Shown piece after piece: positions 39,901 through 50,258 of a DNA stretch of 64,000 bases. Source of the stretch: Paracoccaceae bacterium (GTDB taxonomy: Bacteria; Pseudomonadota; Alphaproteobacteria; Rhodobacterales; Rhodobacteraceae). Below the pieces are notes generated by a model. It did no database searches. It was given only the letters and a program-made list of their open reading frames with translations, and had not been told where the DNA came from. The translations under genes and the position numbers were made by a program. The stretch lies in the NCBI GenBank assembly GCA_041441915.1, contig JASDRS010000017.1:63016-127015 (forward strand), read 5' to 3'. Positions within the stretch are counted from its first letter, which is position 1. The number at the start of each line of letters is the position of its first letter.

Positions 39901-40381
39901 GGCTGGTTCGGTCGCTTCAAAACAAGAAAGAAAATCGGCTAAAGGAAATCGTTTTGCCTTTGTGCAGCTATCTGACCCCACCGGTCTTTATGAGGTCACG
40001 GTTTTTTCCGAAACGCTCGAAGCCGCCCGCGATGTGCTGGAAGCTGGCCAAAATGTGGTGCTGACCGTCGAGGGTCATCTAGAAGGCGAAACGCTCAAAC
40101 TTTTGGCACGCGGCGCGCAGCCGATTGATCAAGTCGCTGCCCAAGCCGGTGGATCACCGCTTAGGGTACATCTTGAAGGCGTGGAGGCTATAGCTTCGGT
40201 TGCGTCGATTTTGGGACGGCTGGAACCTTCGCGCAACAAAGGGCAGATTATTTTATGCATTACTGACCCAGGCCTGGAGCAAGAAATTGACGTGATTTTG
40301 CCGCAAGAATACCCTGTCACGCCTCAGGTAAAAGGTGCTATCAAAGCCGCGGGTGGCGTGGTGCTGGTGGAAGAAGTCTAG
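36929..40381 (+). CDS. dnaE: DNA polymerase III alpha subunit
   Basis: 1150 aa with an N-terminal PHP domain (FIHLRVHTEYSLLEGA) and the polymerase core (PDFDIDF, GLLKFDFLGL). Confidence 0.95.
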   Translation: MSLDPKFIHLRVHTEYSLLEGAVPVKKLIALCERYHMPAVAVTDTNNMFAALEFSVLAVGAGLQPIIGCQINLVYEIAAQGETQRAGAFVVLLAKNEKGYRNLLKLNSALYLDQGGQLPQVTLDDLAKYHDGIICLSGGADGPVGRILQLGQTDKAQALLAQLATIYPSRLYVELQRHYNVEGRPHPAEALTERGFVEMAYSMDLPLVATNDVYFPDPKMYQAHDALICIAEGAYLDQQTPRRRLTPAHYFKTEDEMATLFADLPEAIKNSVEIAKRCAFKVAKHAPILPRFADDEVVELRRQAHEGLTARLTAIPHAVSPKDYQMRLDFELGIIEQMGFPGYFLIVADFIKWAKLKGIPVGPGRGSGAGSLVAYALTITDLDPLRYNLLFERFLNPERVSMPDFDIDFCMDRREEVIRYVQNRYGRDRVGQIITFGALLSKAAVRDVGRVLQMPYGQVDRLSKMIPVEGVKPVSITKALADEPRLREAAKSEEVVARLLDYGQQIEGLLRNASTHAAGVVIGDRPLDELVPLYQDSRSDMPATQFNMKWVEAAGLVKFDFLGLKTLTVIQNAVDLLARRGIAIDISIIPLDDQASYELYASAKTVAVFQVESSGMMDALRRMKPTCIEDIVALVALYRPGPMENIPTYCEVKNGLRDLESIHPIIDHILAETQGIIVYQEQVMQIAQVMAGYSLGGADLLRRAMGKKIAEEMAKERPKFIEGAAKTHGIMADKAGEVFDLLEKFANYGFNKSHAAAYAVVSYQTAWLKANYPVEFMAAVMNCDIHLTDKLAIYKREVDRLGLTVVAPCVNAGQAKFSVRAGALVYGLGALKGVGGDAMSLVTGARQVADVDKIFVSLFDFARRVDMKRVGKRPLEMLARAGAFDCLDPNRARVFEALDALVAFSAAVHEAAGSQQVSLFGEAGADLPEPRVLGRDDWLPIERLTQEHQAIGFYLSGHPLDDYMGPLKRKDVMTLAELTQAAQNGPLVAKLAGSVASKQERKSAKGNRFAFVQLSDPTGLYEVTVFSETLEAARDVLEAGQNVVLTVEGHLEGETLKLLARGAQPIDQVAAQAGGSPLRVHLEGVEAIASVASILGRLEPSRNKGQIILCITDPGLEQEIDVILPQEYPVTPQVKGAIKAAGGVVLVEEV

Positions 40382-40385
40382 CCCC

Positions 40386-41465
40386 CTAAAGCCAGCGGCT
40401 TGCAAATTGCGCGATCACAATGCTCAGCAATATGCGCATGACGTGATGCATGGCGACATAGATCATGCCAATGTTCAGGCTTAGGGCTATCAAACTCATT
40501 TCTGCCAAGCCGCCAGGGGCATAGGCCAAAAATACTGCCGAGATGGACTGGCCTGTGATACTATGTACCCCATAGCCAAAGCCAGCGGCCAACAGCATTG
40601 AAGCCAAAACATTGCTCAGTGCCAAACGACTGGCGCGCAAAATAGCCCCCTTAGGCAAGCCTGCAAACCGGGCCCCCAAAGTGGCCCCGATAACAATTTG
40701 AGTTAGCCCGACGGCCCATGCGGGCGGCACGCCCTCGACATAACCCATTAAATGCACAATGGCCGATCCAAGCAGGGGGCCTGTCATAATTGCGGCGGGT
40801 AAATGCAAAAGCCGCCCAAGAGCCAATCCTAGAATGCCGGCAGCGATTAAGATAGCACCATCTTGCAGACCCAATGGAGCGCGCAACACCGCTGCCCCAG
40901 CCGCTGATCCAACCATGTCGCCTGTTAAGACCATAAAACTTAACGGAACTAAGATAATCGTCAAAATCAGGCGTAAAAACTGTAACAGCGTCAGCATTTG
41001 CACATCTGCTCCCACTTTTTCGCCCAAAGTGACGCTCTCAATCAATCCGCCAGGAACCGACCCAAAGAGCGCTGTTGAGCGATCAAGCCCTCCCGCTCGA
41101 TAGATCATAAAACCCACAAAATGTGCCATGGGAATAAACAAGGCCAATGCCAAAAGGCTGATCCACCAACCTGGAATTTGGGCCAATACCTCGGAGGTGA
41201 ATGATCCGCCAATGCCCAAACCAATTATAGGCACAAAGCCCAGGCGCAGACTGGAGGGAAAATTGGCTTTACAGCCCAATATTACGTGCCCAGAAATGGC
41301 AAAAATGGCGACAATGCCCATTGAGCCAAGCAAAAGCCCCATTGGTAAATTTAGCTTATATCCGATTGCCCCCCCCAATAGGCCCAAGGAAAAGGTTAGC
41401 GTGCGTGCGGGAAGCTCTTGCAAAGCGGGTCCAAGTTTGGTTTGAAAAAAGGCTTTATTCATCAT
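40386..41465 (-). CDS. AbrB-duplication family membrane protein (putative transporter)
   Basis: 359 aa with about 10 TM helices in two similar halves, as in the AbrB/AmoA-like membrane family. The call is from memory of that family only. Confidence 0.65.
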   Translation of the reverse strand: MMNKAFFQTKLGPALQELPARTLTFSLGLLGGAIGYKLNLPMGLLLGSMGIVAIFAISGHVILGCKANFPSSLRLGFVPIIGLGIGGSFTSEVLAQIPGWWISLLALALFIPMAHFVGFMIYRAGGLDRSTALFGSVPGGLIESVTLGEKVGADVQMLTLLQFLRLILTIILVPLSFMVLTGDMVGSAAGAAVLRAPLGLQDGAILIAAGILGLALGRLLHLPAAIMTGPLLGSAIVHLMGYVEGVPPAWAVGLTQIVIGATLGARFAGLPKGAILRASRLALSNVLASMLLAAGFGYGVHSITGQSISAVFLAYAPGGLAEMSLIALSLNIGMIYVAMHHVMRILLSIVIAQFASRWL

Positions 41466-41469
41466 AAAA

Positions 41470-41676
41470 TTACCAGTGCGGGGGGAGTTGATCGCCCAAA
41501 GGAGTGGATCCGTTTTCTGAGATGCTCTCGGCTGCGCGCTCCATCAAAAGCCCAACACGGCGGCTCAATATGTCTATTTGACTTGCCTGTTTGGCCACGA
41601 CTTCGGACAGATCATCTACCACGCGGTTCAAGTGAGCTATTTTTTCTTCTAATGGTAACAGGCTATCTTGCATCAT
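41470..41676 (-). CDS. slyX: SlyX family protein
   Basis: 68 aa counted from MMQDS. It is coiled-coil-like ([19 protein letters not shown]) and has a C-terminal PPHW resembling the E. coli SlyX PPPHY. Confidence 0.8.
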   Translation of the reverse strand: MMQDSLLPLEEKIAHLNRVVDDLSEVVAKQASQIDILSRRVGLLMERAAESISENGSTPLGDQLPPHW

Positions 41677-41754
41677 TACTTCTTTCTGCGGCCTTGCCCG
41701 CCGCCGCCCCATTCGTTAGATGAGGATAACTGCCTTATAGCAAAGGGTCACGCC

Positions 41755-43245
41755 ATGGCCAAGGACAAGAAAATTCTTCGACCTCGGGCCGAAACGCCCA
41801 AGGGATTTCGCGACTATTTCGGCGCCGAAGTTACAGAGCGCAAAGTGATGTTAGACGCTATTGCTTCAGTTTACCATCGTTATGGCTTTGATCCACTGGA
41901 AACAAGTGCTGTTGAAACTGTGGCCGCCTTGGGTAAGTTTTTGCCTGATGTTGATCGGCCTAATGCAGGCGTTTTTGGTTGGCAAGATGAAGATGCCGAT
42001 TGGCTAGCGCTTCGCTATGACCTGACAGCGCCATTGGCGCGGGTGGCTGCTCAGTATCGCAATGATCTTCCAACCCCCTATCGGCGTTATGCTTTTGGCC
42101 CCGTGTGGCGCAATGAAAAGCCAGGAACTGGGCGCTTCCGGCAATTTTACCAATGCGACGCGGACACCGTGGGTGCGCCCAGTGTTGCTGCTGATGCTGA
42201 AATTTGTGCTATGCTGGCTGATGCGCTTGAAACCGTGGGCATTGCACGTGGTGACTATGTGGTGCGGGTGAATAACCGCAAAGTGCTAAACGGCGTGATG
42301 GAGATAGCTGGTGTTTTGGACCCTCAAGATTCTAACCTGTTCGAAGAAGAACGGGGCATTGTCTTGCGCGCGATAGATAAGCTGGATCGTTTGGGGATTG
42401 ACGGCGTGCGCGCGCTTTTGGGCGTGGGGCGCAAAGATGCATCGGGTGATTTTACCAAAGGTGCGGGCCTAAGCGAAAGTCAAGTCGAGGTTGTGATCGG
42501 CTTTATCGGTGCCAAGCGCGAAAACGCCACCGCCACGGTGGGGCGCCTGCGCGCCCTAGTCGCGGGGTCACAGATTGGTGTCGAAGGCGTGGATGAGCTT
42601 GAAATTATTGCCACGCTTTTGGCAGCCCAAGGATATGGGCACGACCGGATTGAAATTGACCCTTCGGTTGTGCGCGGCTTAGGATATTACACGGGCCCCG
42701 TTTTTGAAGCTGAATTGACCTTTGAGGTTTTGGACGAAGGGGGCCGTAAGCGGCAGTTTGGCTCAGTCGCAGGTGGAGGGCGTTATGATGATTTGGTCAA
42801 GCGGTTTACAGGCCAAAGCGTGCCTGCCACGGGTGTGTCCATCGGGGTTGACCGCCTGCTTGCAGCTTTGCGAGCTAAGAGACAAAGGCAAGCCACCGAA
42901 CAAGGCCCAATTGTGATTACCGTGATGGATAAAGACCGTGTGGTCGATTATATGGCTATGGTAGGCGAGTTGCGCGCTGCGGGTCTGCGGGCGGAATGCT
43001 ATTTGGGTAATCCTAAAAACTTTGGAAATCAGCTGAAATATGCCGACAAACGCCAAAGCCCAATTGCTGTGATTCAAGGTGGTGACGAAAAGGCTAAGGG
43101 TACTGTAATTCTGAAAGATTTGGTGCTTGGCACAAAAATCGCTGAGAATGCTAGCCTAGAAGAATGGAAATTGCGCTCTGCGCAGCGTGAAGTGCCGCGT
43201 GCAGACTTGGTTTCTGCTGTGAAAAAAATGTTGTTAAATGTGTAA
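41755..43245 (+). CDS. hisS: histidine--tRNA ligase
   Basis: The start is moved to [22 protein letters not shown]. Class II aaRS motifs (FRYERPQ-like [24 protein letters not shown]) are present. Confidence 0.92.
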   Translation: MAKDKKILRPRAETPKGFRDYFGAEVTERKVMLDAIASVYHRYGFDPLETSAVETVAALGKFLPDVDRPNAGVFGWQDEDADWLALRYDLTAPLARVAAQYRNDLPTPYRRYAFGPVWRNEKPGTGRFRQFYQCDADTVGAPSVAADAEICAMLADALETVGIARGDYVVRVNNRKVLNGVMEIAGVLDPQDSNLFEEERGIVLRAIDKLDRLGIDGVRALLGVGRKDASGDFTKGAGLSESQVEVVIGFIGAKRENATATVGRLRALVAGSQIGVEGVDELEIIATLLAAQGYGHDRIEIDPSVVRGLGYYTGPVFEAELTFEVLDEGGRKRQFGSVAGGGRYDDLVKRFTGQSVPATGVSIGVDRLLAALRAKRQRQATEQGPIVITVMDKDRVVDYMAMVGELRAAGLRAECYLGNPKNFGNQLKYADKRQSPIAVIQGGDEKAKGTVILKDLVLGTKIAENASLEEWKLRSAQREVPRADLVSAVKKMLLNV

Positions 43246-44341
43246 CAAAGCAGTAATTCGCGCCACTGCTGAGGCACTTTTTGCTGCATTTCAAGTGGCG
43301 GGTGCCCAGACTATTGATGCAGACATTATGCTGCCTGCCGAAAGCTTACTTGACCTTTATGGCGAAGATATTCGCGCCCGCGCTTATGTGACAAATGATC
43401 CCGTTTTGGGTGAAATGATGCTGCGCCCCGACTTCACCGTTCCAGTCGTGCAGGCTCATATGAAACAAGGTGCACGAGATGCGCGCTATACTTACATGGG
43501 CGAAGTTTTTCGCAAACAAGGTCATATTGCAGACCGTGCACGTGAGTATCTACAAGTGGGCTACGAAGTCTTTGGTGGTGCAGAGCCCCATCAGGCCGAT
43601 GCCGAAGTGTTCGCACTTTTTTCGCGGCTTTTGGCTCCATTAAATCTGAATGCGACCATCGGTGATATTGGTATTTTGATTTCAGCAGTGCAGGGGCTCA
43701 ACACCTCTAACTGGCGCAAGGCGGCTTTGATGCGGCATTTGTGGCGACCTGCGCGCTTTCGCGACTTGCTTGACCAGTTTTCAGGCCGTAGCCCCCTGTC
43801 CCCAAGCCGGCAAGACTTGCTGCAGCGTTTGGCGCAAAATGATGTGCAAGAACTGATCAAACAAGCGGGCCCAGACATAGGGTTGCGCTCGGCTCAGGAT
43901 GTGGCAGCTCGTGCGCAGTCCTTGCAAGAAGATGCTGAACTCCCGCCCATCGGTCAGGCTGAAGCCCAAATGCTTGAAGCGCTTTTGACCCTGCAGGGCC
44001 CTGCAGGTCAGATGCTGGCGCATTTGCAAAAGATGGCGCAGCAATTCCCAGCTATAGCCGCATCCGTTGCCAGCTTTGGTGCCAGGCTTAGTGCGATGAA
44101 AGTCCAAGGTATTGACAGTGACCACTTGTCCTTTGTCGTCAGCCACGGGCGTTCAACTTTAGAATATTATGACGGTTTCGTCTTTAGCTTTGATCGGCCT
44201 GATCAACGTTTTCCTGCTGTAGCAAGTGGTGGGCGCTATGATGCGCTGACGCTGGTTTTGGGTCAGGGTCGATCCATAAGGGCAGTTGGCGGTGTGATCC
44301 GCCCCGCCGAGATGGCCGCTTTATTAGAGGTAGGCTCATGA
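43238..44341 (+). CDS. hisZ: ATP phosphoribosyltransferase regulatory subunit (HisS paralogue)
   Basis: 367 aa with a HisRS-like catalytic core and no anticodon-binding domain. It overlaps the hisS end by 8 nt and precedes a short-form hisG. Confidence 0.85.
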   Translation: MCNKAVIRATAEALFAAFQVAGAQTIDADIMLPAESLLDLYGEDIRARAYVTNDPVLGEMMLRPDFTVPVVQAHMKQGARDARYTYMGEVFRKQGHIADRAREYLQVGYEVFGGAEPHQADAEVFALFSRLLAPLNLNATIGDIGILISAVQGLNTSNWRKAALMRHLWRPARFRDLLDQFSGRSPLSPSRQDLLQRLAQNDVQELIKQAGPDIGLRSAQDVAARAQSLQEDAELPPIGQAEAQMLEALLTLQGPAGQMLAHLQKMAQQFPAIAASVASFGARLSAMKVQGIDSDHLSFVVSHGRSTLEYYDGFVFSFDRPDQRFPAVASGGRYDALTLVLGQGRSIRAVGGVIRPAEMAALLEVGS

Positions 44342-45060
44342 GCCTGAAAATCGGTGTGCCATCGAAAGGGCGCTTGATGGAAAAGACCTTTGAATGGTTT
44401 GGAGCAAAGGGCGTTCATATGCGCCAAACTGGCGAAGCACGGGAATATTCGGGCGTGATCGAAGGCTTGATGGATGCGCAACTAGTTTTGCTGTCGGCGG
44501 GAGAGATCCCGCGCGAACTGGCTGCGGGGCGCATTCATTTAGGTGTGACGGGGTCAGACCTTGTACGTGATAAATTGGCCGACTGGCCGATGCAAGTGAT
44601 TGAGGTCCAGCCCTTGGGCTTTGGCCATGCTGATCTGATCATTGCCGTGCCTAACATGTGGATCGATGTTGATACGCTTGATGACCTTGATGCGACGGCT
44701 TCGGCCTTTCGCGCCACCTACGGCTATAGGCTTCGCATTGCGACCAAATACCACCGTTTGGTGCGGGAATTTTTAACCAAAAACGGCGTTGCAGATTACC
44801 AATTAGTCGACAGCCAAGGTGCGACTGAAGGTACGGTTAAAAACCTAACGGCTGAAGTCATCGCCGACATAACATCAAGCGGTGAGACGCTGCGCGCCAA
44901 TCACCTGAAAATACTACAAGACGGTTTGGTCCATCAAAGTCAGGCCACCCTCTTTGCTGCAAAAAAGGCTGATTGGTCATATGGGGTACGCCAAAGCTTT
45001 GGCGAATTTATGGCGCGCTTGGGGCAAAATATGCCTGATGTAGATCGAGTGGGACCCTAA
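44338..45060 (+). CDS. hisG: ATP phosphoribosyltransferase, short form
   Basis: 240 aa with N-terminus LKIGVPSKGRL and a TGSDLV motif. It overlaps hisZ by 4 nt. Confidence 0.9.
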   Translation: MSLKIGVPSKGRLMEKTFEWFGAKGVHMRQTGEAREYSGVIEGLMDAQLVLLSAGEIPRELAAGRIHLGVTGSDLVRDKLADWPMQVIEVQPLGFGHADLIIAVPNMWIDVDTLDDLDATASAFRATYGYRLRIATKYHRLVREFLTKNGVADYQLVDSQGATEGTVKNLTAEVIADITSSGETLRANHLKILQDGLVHQSQATLFAAKKADWSYGVRQSFGEFMARLGQNMPDVDRVGP

Positions 45061-45066
45061 AACTGC

Positions 45067-45489
45067 TTAAAGTAACCCAATATCTGCCAAAGCAAGAGCA
45101 AGATCGGCAGGTAGCGGTGTTTCGACACCACGCGCTTGCGGTAGATCGGCTGGACTGTCCTGTGGAGCCAGGTAGCGCCAGCCTTGAAAGGCGCGTCGTG
45201 GAGTGGCCTGGGTGCGGATTATATTTGGTTCAAGGCAGATTGCACAGCGGCGGATGCCGTCGCTACCAGTTACCTCTTGTAGGTCAATCACTTTTTGGCG
45301 GGCTAAAATTTGGCCCTTGAATACCCAATAAAGCGAGCCTCCTTCCAAAAGATCAGCCTGGCGCTTGGGCCACATGCGGGTCACGTGAATTGGCCTTCCT
45401 GCGGGCCATTGCTGTGATTCTTGCCAGTCTATCAAATCTTCAACCTGGGCCGCGCCAACGCAAAGCTTCACTAAATTTACATATTTCAA
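45067..45489 (-). CDS. DUF1489 family protein
   Basis: 140 aa with N-terminus VNLVKLCVGAAQVEDL, typical of the alphaproteobacterial DUF1489 family as I recall it. Confidence 0.7.
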   Translation of the reverse strand: MKYVNLVKLCVGAAQVEDLIDWQESQQWPAGRPIHVTRMWPKRQADLLEGGSLYWVFKGQILARQKVIDLQEVTGSDGIRRCAICLEPNIIRTQATPRRAFQGWRYLAPQDSPADLPQARGVETPLPADLALALADIGLL

Positions 45490-45679
45490 AATTAACCCTT
45501 TGTTTTATAAAACTCAATTTGAACTTAATTAAGACCCGTAGGTTTATGCGGCCATAAGTTTGACCGCATAAGGCCACCAATTGCCCCAGACTTATCCTAA
45601 TTTTGTCAAAGGGCAAGTTGACCCCTGCCCTTCATCAGCGTAGATCTAGTTCTTAGGCTGGAATTATAAAGGATCCAAG

Positions 45680-47959
45680 ATGTCGCATTTTGCAGCGCCC
45701 ATCGCAGAAGCTATTTGGGACATGAAATATCGGTTGAAAGAAGCCGATGGAAGCCCAATTGATGCAAATGTACAGGGAACTTGGCGCCGAATTGCAAAGG
45801 CTTTGGCCAGCGTGGAGAAGCAATCTGCGAAATGGGAAGACAAGTTTTACCAAGCACTCGAAGATTTTAAATATTTACCCGCAGGCCGCATTATAGCGGG
45901 GGCGGGCACAGGCCGCAGTGTGACATTGTTTAACTGCTTTGTGATGGGCACAATTGAAGACAATATGGGCGGCATTTTTGATGGGCTGCGCCAAGCCGCG
46001 CTTACCATGCAACAAGGTGGTGGGATTGGCTATGACTTCTCCACCATCCGTCCACGTGGTGCGCAGGTCAAAGGGGTTGCCGCTGATGCGTCGGGCCCTT
46101 TGACCTTTATGGATGTGTGGGATGCGATGTGCCGCACCATCATGTCGGCAGGCAGTCGCCGCGGCGCGATGATGGCCACGATGCGGTGCGATCATCCCGA
46201 TGTTGAAGATTTTATTGTTGCTAAACAAGATGCCACACGGTTGCGTATGTTTAACCTTTCGGTTTTGATCACTGATCCCTTTATGGATGCGGTCAAGTCG
46301 AACGGATCTTGGAATTTAGTGTTTGGCGGCAAGGTTTATAAAACTTTGCAAGCGCGGGATCTTTGGAACAAGATTATGCGTTCAACCTTTGAATTTGCGG
46401 AACCAGGCGTAATCTTTATTGATCGAATCAATAGAGCTAATAACTTGGGCTATGTCGAAACTATTGCCGCGACTAACCCCTGCGGTGAGCAGCCACTACC
46501 GCCCTACGGCGCTTGTTTGCTAGGTTCGATAAATATGGCTAAATTGGTGACCAATCCTTTTGAGACTAATGCCGAACTTGAACCCGCCGCTCTGGATGAT
46601 TTGGTGCGCGTTGCCGTGAGGATGATGGATAATGTGGTTGACGTGAGCCGATTTCCCTTGCCCGAGCAAGAGGCCGAGGCCCGCGCCAAGCGTCGCATTG
46701 GTCTTGGTGTCACTGGACTTGCCGATGCTTTGTTGATGCTGGGCCTGCGCTATGGCGCGCCAGAGGCTGCTGCCCAAACTGAAGCTTGGATGAAAGCAAT
46801 TGCTCGATCAGCCTATTTGGCCTCGGTTGATTTGGCCAAGGAAAAGGGTGCATTTCCACTGTTTGATGCCAATAAATACCTGGCCTCAGGTTCGATGCGC
46901 TCCATGGATGAAGATGTACGCCAAGCCATTGCAAAGCATGGTATTCGCAATGCGCTGCTAACCTCGATTGCGCCTACTGGAACGATCAGTCTTTATGCGG
47001 GTAATGTGTCCTCGGGGATTGAACCAGTTTTTGCATATGCCTATACGCGCAAAGTCTTGCAAAAAGACGGCACGCGGACCGAAGAAGAGGTGGTCGATTA
47101 CGCGGTGCAATTGTGGCGCGAAAAATTTGGCGAAAAACCCTTGCCTGATTATTTTGTGAACGCCCAAACCCTGCCGCCTTTAGACCATGTGCGCATGCAA
47201 TCCGCCGCGCAAAAATGGATAGACAGTTCCATTTCAAAAACCATCAACTGCCCTGAAGACATCAGCTTTGATGATTTTGCCGAGGTATATATGGCTGCCT
47301 GGGAACAAGGCTGCAAAGGCTGCACTACCTATCGGCCGAATCAAGTCACTGGATCGGTTTTGACCGTATCAGCGCCTGAAGCGAAAGTTGCCCCTAGTGC
47401 CTTATCGATGATAGAAAATGGCGGCGCAGATGTGGTTTACCTCAGCGAACCGTTGGAACGGCCGGCCTCGTTAGAAGGACAAACCTATAAAGTCAAATGG
47501 CCCTCGACCGAGCATGCTATTTATATCACCATCAATGACGTGGTAATTTTGGACCACCGCAGACCGTTTGAAGTGTTCATTAATTCAAAAAATATGGAGC
47601 ATTTTGCTTGGACTGTGGCGCTTACGCGAATGATTTCTGCTGTGTTTCGCCGTGGTGGCGATATTTCTTTTGTGGTCGAAGAGCTTAAGGCAGTATTTGA
47701 CCCCCGGGGTGGCGCTTGGATGGAGGGTAAATATATACCCTCAATCCTGGCCGCGATTGGCGCGGTGATTGAACAGCATTTGATTGCGATCGGTTTTATT
47801 GCGGGCGAAGGTCTTGGTTTAAAAAAAGACCCACAGTTTGAAGCTGTCGTTGTGGGAGAACGTGCACGCAAAGCTTGCGACAGTTGTGGAAGTTATGATC
47901 TGCGGATGCTCGAAAGTTGCATGACATGCGGCAGTTGCGGCAATTCAAAATGTGGCTAA
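45680..47959 (+). CDS. nrdJ: adenosylcobalamin-dependent (class II) ribonucleotide reductase
   Basis: 759 aa containing NPCGEQPLPPYGACLLGSIN (catalytic Cys loop) and a C-terminal Cys-rich tail CDSCGS..CMTCGSCGNSKCG. Confidence 0.9.
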   Translation: MSHFAAPIAEAIWDMKYRLKEADGSPIDANVQGTWRRIAKALASVEKQSAKWEDKFYQALEDFKYLPAGRIIAGAGTGRSVTLFNCFVMGTIEDNMGGIFDGLRQAALTMQQGGGIGYDFSTIRPRGAQVKGVAADASGPLTFMDVWDAMCRTIMSAGSRRGAMMATMRCDHPDVEDFIVAKQDATRLRMFNLSVLITDPFMDAVKSNGSWNLVFGGKVYKTLQARDLWNKIMRSTFEFAEPGVIFIDRINRANNLGYVETIAATNPCGEQPLPPYGACLLGSINMAKLVTNPFETNAELEPAALDDLVRVAVRMMDNVVDVSRFPLPEQEAEARAKRRIGLGVTGLADALLMLGLRYGAPEAAAQTEAWMKAIARSAYLASVDLAKEKGAFPLFDANKYLASGSMRSMDEDVRQAIAKHGIRNALLTSIAPTGTISLYAGNVSSGIEPVFAYAYTRKVLQKDGTRTEEEVVDYAVQLWREKFGEKPLPDYFVNAQTLPPLDHVRMQSAAQKWIDSSISKTINCPEDISFDDFAEVYMAAWEQGCKGCTTYRPNQVTGSVLTVSAPEAKVAPSALSMIENGGADVVYLSEPLERPASLEGQTYKVKWPSTEHAIYITINDVVILDHRRPFEVFINSKNMEHFAWTVALTRMISAVFRRGGDISFVVEELKAVFDPRGGAWMEGKYIPSILAAIGAVIEQHLIAIGFIAGEGLGLKKDPQFEAVVVGERARKACDSCGSYDLRMLESCMTCGSCGNSKCG

Positions 47960-47984
47960 TATAAACATCTGCCAAAAGGAAAAG

Positions 47985-48014
47985 ATCCATTTTCCGCCAG
48001 GCGGTGGATTTATT
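47985..48014 (+). terminator. possible terminator after nrdJ
   Basis: ATCCA-TTTT-CCGCCAGGCGG-TGGAT is an interrupted hairpin followed by TTATT. It is weak. Confidence 0.35.
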
Positions 48015-48234
48015 AGTCATGGTCAGTTATTGGTTCCTGTATCCACTACCATTTTTGCTCCATAATCGTGCCTAAGAGCGCAATTTAATTGAAATATTCA
48101 AGTAAAAAACTTTGGTCATGAAATATAAAAGGCTAACATTAACGGCTAGGCCCAAATTTTGGAGCTAATCTGCGGAGAAATTGATCAGGTCTCTTAAGCT
48201 GACCTTTAACTTCCAATCAAAGACGCGCCTGCTG

Positions 48235-48262
48235 TTGACATAACGTGCCAGGCTTGTATAAG
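48235..48262 (+). promoter_or_regulatory. candidate sigma70 promoter of rpsD
   Basis: Consensus TTGACA (48235..48240), a 16-nt spacer, then TATAAG (48257..48262). This would give a leader of about 120 nt. Confidence 0.5.
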
Positions 48263-48390
48263 CGCGTTCTTAGGCTTTTCAGAGATTAAAAGTCTTGGGA
48301 TATTGGTGTTGGTGGGCCCCGTAAGGGGAAGCCTGTCGGTTCGAAAGATCAAAGGACAACGCCCTTCACATTTAACGAAGGAGATCAGCC

Positions 48391-49011
48391 GTGACAAAAC
48401 GCACGTCTGCCAAACATAAAATTGACCGCCGTATGGGCGAAAATATCTGGGGCCGTCCTAAATCTCCATTTAACAAACGCGAATACGGTCCTGGCCAACA
48501 TGGCCAACGCCGCAAGAACAAACTGTCCGACTTCGGGACACAGTTGCGCGCCAAACAAAAGCTTAAAGGCTATTACGGTGATTTGACCGAAAAGCAATTC
48601 CGCCGCATTTATGCGGAAGCTGAGCGCCTAAAAGGTGACACTGGGGAAATGCTGGTAGGTCTGCTTGAGCGCCGTTTGGACGCTTTGGTTTACCGTGCCA
48701 AATTTGTTCCTACTATTTTTGCTGCACGCCAATTTGTAAATCACGGCCATGTGACCGTGAATGGCGAACGTGTGAATATCGCTTCTTACCGCTTGAAAGA
48801 AGGCGATGTGGTTGCCGTTCGAGACCGCTCGCGTCAAATGGCGCTGATCTTGGAAGCAATTCAGTTGGCCGAGCGTGACGTTCCAGATTATGTGGAAATT
48901 GATCATTCTAAACTGACCGCGAAATTCACCCGCACCCCATCCTTGGCCGACGTGCCATATCCCGTGGTGATGGAACCAAATCTTGTGGTCGAATTCTACG
49001 CTAAAAACTAA
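48391..49011 (+). CDS. rpsD: 30S ribosomal protein S4
   Basis: 206 aa with a GTG start preceded by an AAGGAG RBS. It contains [20 protein letters not shown] and an S4 RNA-binding domain. Confidence 0.95.
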   Translation: MTKRTSAKHKIDRRMGENIWGRPKSPFNKREYGPGQHGQRRKNKLSDFGTQLRAKQKLKGYYGDLTEKQFRRIYAEAERLKGDTGEMLVGLLERRLDALVYRAKFVPTIFAARQFVNHGHVTVNGERVNIASYRLKEGDVVAVRDRSRQMALILEAIQLAERDVPDYVEIDHSKLTAKFTRTPSLADVPYPVVMEPNLVVEFYAKN

Positions 49012-49030
49012 GTTTCGTAAAATTGTTTAA

Positions 49031-49058
49031 AACCTGCGCCTTTTGGCGCGGGTTTTTT
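49031..49058 (+). terminator. Rho-independent terminator after rpsD
   Basis: The hairpin AACCTGCGCC-TTTT-GGCGCGGGTT is followed by TTTT. Confidence 0.7.
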
Positions 49059-49169
49059 CATGAACTAAGACAATGACTCAATGTTAAAAGACGCATTGGG
49101 CGGTTTATAGCGGATTTCTCTGGCATTGGGCTTGTGCCCATCTAAAATATCACAAAGGATAGGTGATAG

Positions 49170-50258
49170 ATGACATCCCTCATTACCCCAAAATCTGGTA
49201 TCTTAGAGATTAGAATTTATGAAAGCGGCAAGTCTCAAATTGTGGGGATGGAAAATTCTCTCAAGCTTTCGTCTAACGAAAATCCCCGTGGGCCCAGTGA
49301 TCTTGCGAAAGAGGCGGTAGCGCGTTCAGTGCACGAACTGCACCGCTATCCGTCGTCGGATCACGCCTCTTTGCGCTTAGCTATCGGTCACGTGCATGGG
49401 TTGCCTGCGGATCAAATCATTTGTGGCGCGGGTTCGGATGAAATTTTCACCTTTTTGTGCCAGGCCTTCTCTGGCCCTGGTGATGAGGTGCTTTATACTG
49501 AGCATGGCTTCTTAATGTACCGCATTTCGGCGCTGGCGGCGGGGGCGACCCCGGTCGAGGTCAAAGAACGCAATCGTATTATTGATGTAAAAGCTTTGCT
49601 TAAGGGTATGACGGTACGCACCAAATTGGTTTTTATAGCTAATCCCAGCAATCCAACGGGCACAATGATTTCGCTGCAAGATATAGCCCGTCTGGCCGAT
49701 GAAATGCCCAAACAGGCGATTTTGGTGCTTGACGGTGCATATGCGGAATATGTCGAAGATTATGATGGTGGGGCCGCATGGATCGCTGCTCGCGATAATA
49801 TTTTCATGACACGAAGCTTTTCTAAAATCTATGGCTTGGGTGGCCTGCGCATTGGTTGGGGCTATGGGCCGCGCGCGATCATAGATTCGCTTAACAGGGT
49901 CCGAGGACCCTTTAACCTGTCGGCGACCCAGCTTGTAGCGGCCGAAGCGGCTCTACTCGACCAAGATTTTGTGGCTAAGTGCCGCACCGAGAATGCGAAA
50001 AATCGCGCATGGTTAGCACAGTCGTTGGCTGAAATGGAAATTGCCTCGGACCCTTCGTTCGCAAATTTTATTCTGGCGCGGTTTGAAACAGCGCAAATGG
50101 CAGAGGCCTGTGATTCATTTTTGCAATCAAAGGGCATTTTGCTGCGCCGCGTGACTAGCTATAAACTGCCTAATTGCTTGCGCATAACCATAGGCGACGA
50201 AGTGGAATGTCGTCGTGTTTTACAGGCCATAGCTCAGTTCAAGGGTGTTAATATATGA
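49170..50258 (+). CDS. hisC: histidinol-phosphate aminotransferase
   Basis: 362 aa class II aminotransferase with the PLP-lysine motif [15 protein letters not shown]. Confidence 0.88.
   Translation: MTSLITPKSGILEIRIYESGKSQIVGMENSLKLSSNENPRGPSDLAKEAVARSVHELHRYPSSDHASLRLAIGHVHGLPADQIICGAGSDEIFTFLCQAFSGPGDEVLYTEHGFLMYRISALAAGATPVEVKERNRIIDVKALLKGMTVRTKLVFIANPSNPTGTMISLQDIARLADEMPKQAILVLDGAYAEYVEDYDGGAAWIAARDNIFMTRSFSKIYGLGGLRIGWGYGPRAIIDSLNRVRGPFNLSATQLVAAEAALLDQDFVAKCRTENAKNRAWLAQSLAEMEIASDPSFANFILARFETAQMAEACDSFLQSKGILLRRVTSYKLPNCLRITIGDEVECRRVLQAIAQFKGVNI

Noticed and set aside
45490-45679. Cobalamin riboswitch or NrdR box upstream of nrdJ
   Set aside because: I could not find the B12-box core or the paired NrdR palindromes. 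B12 repression of a B12-dependent enzyme would also be illogical.
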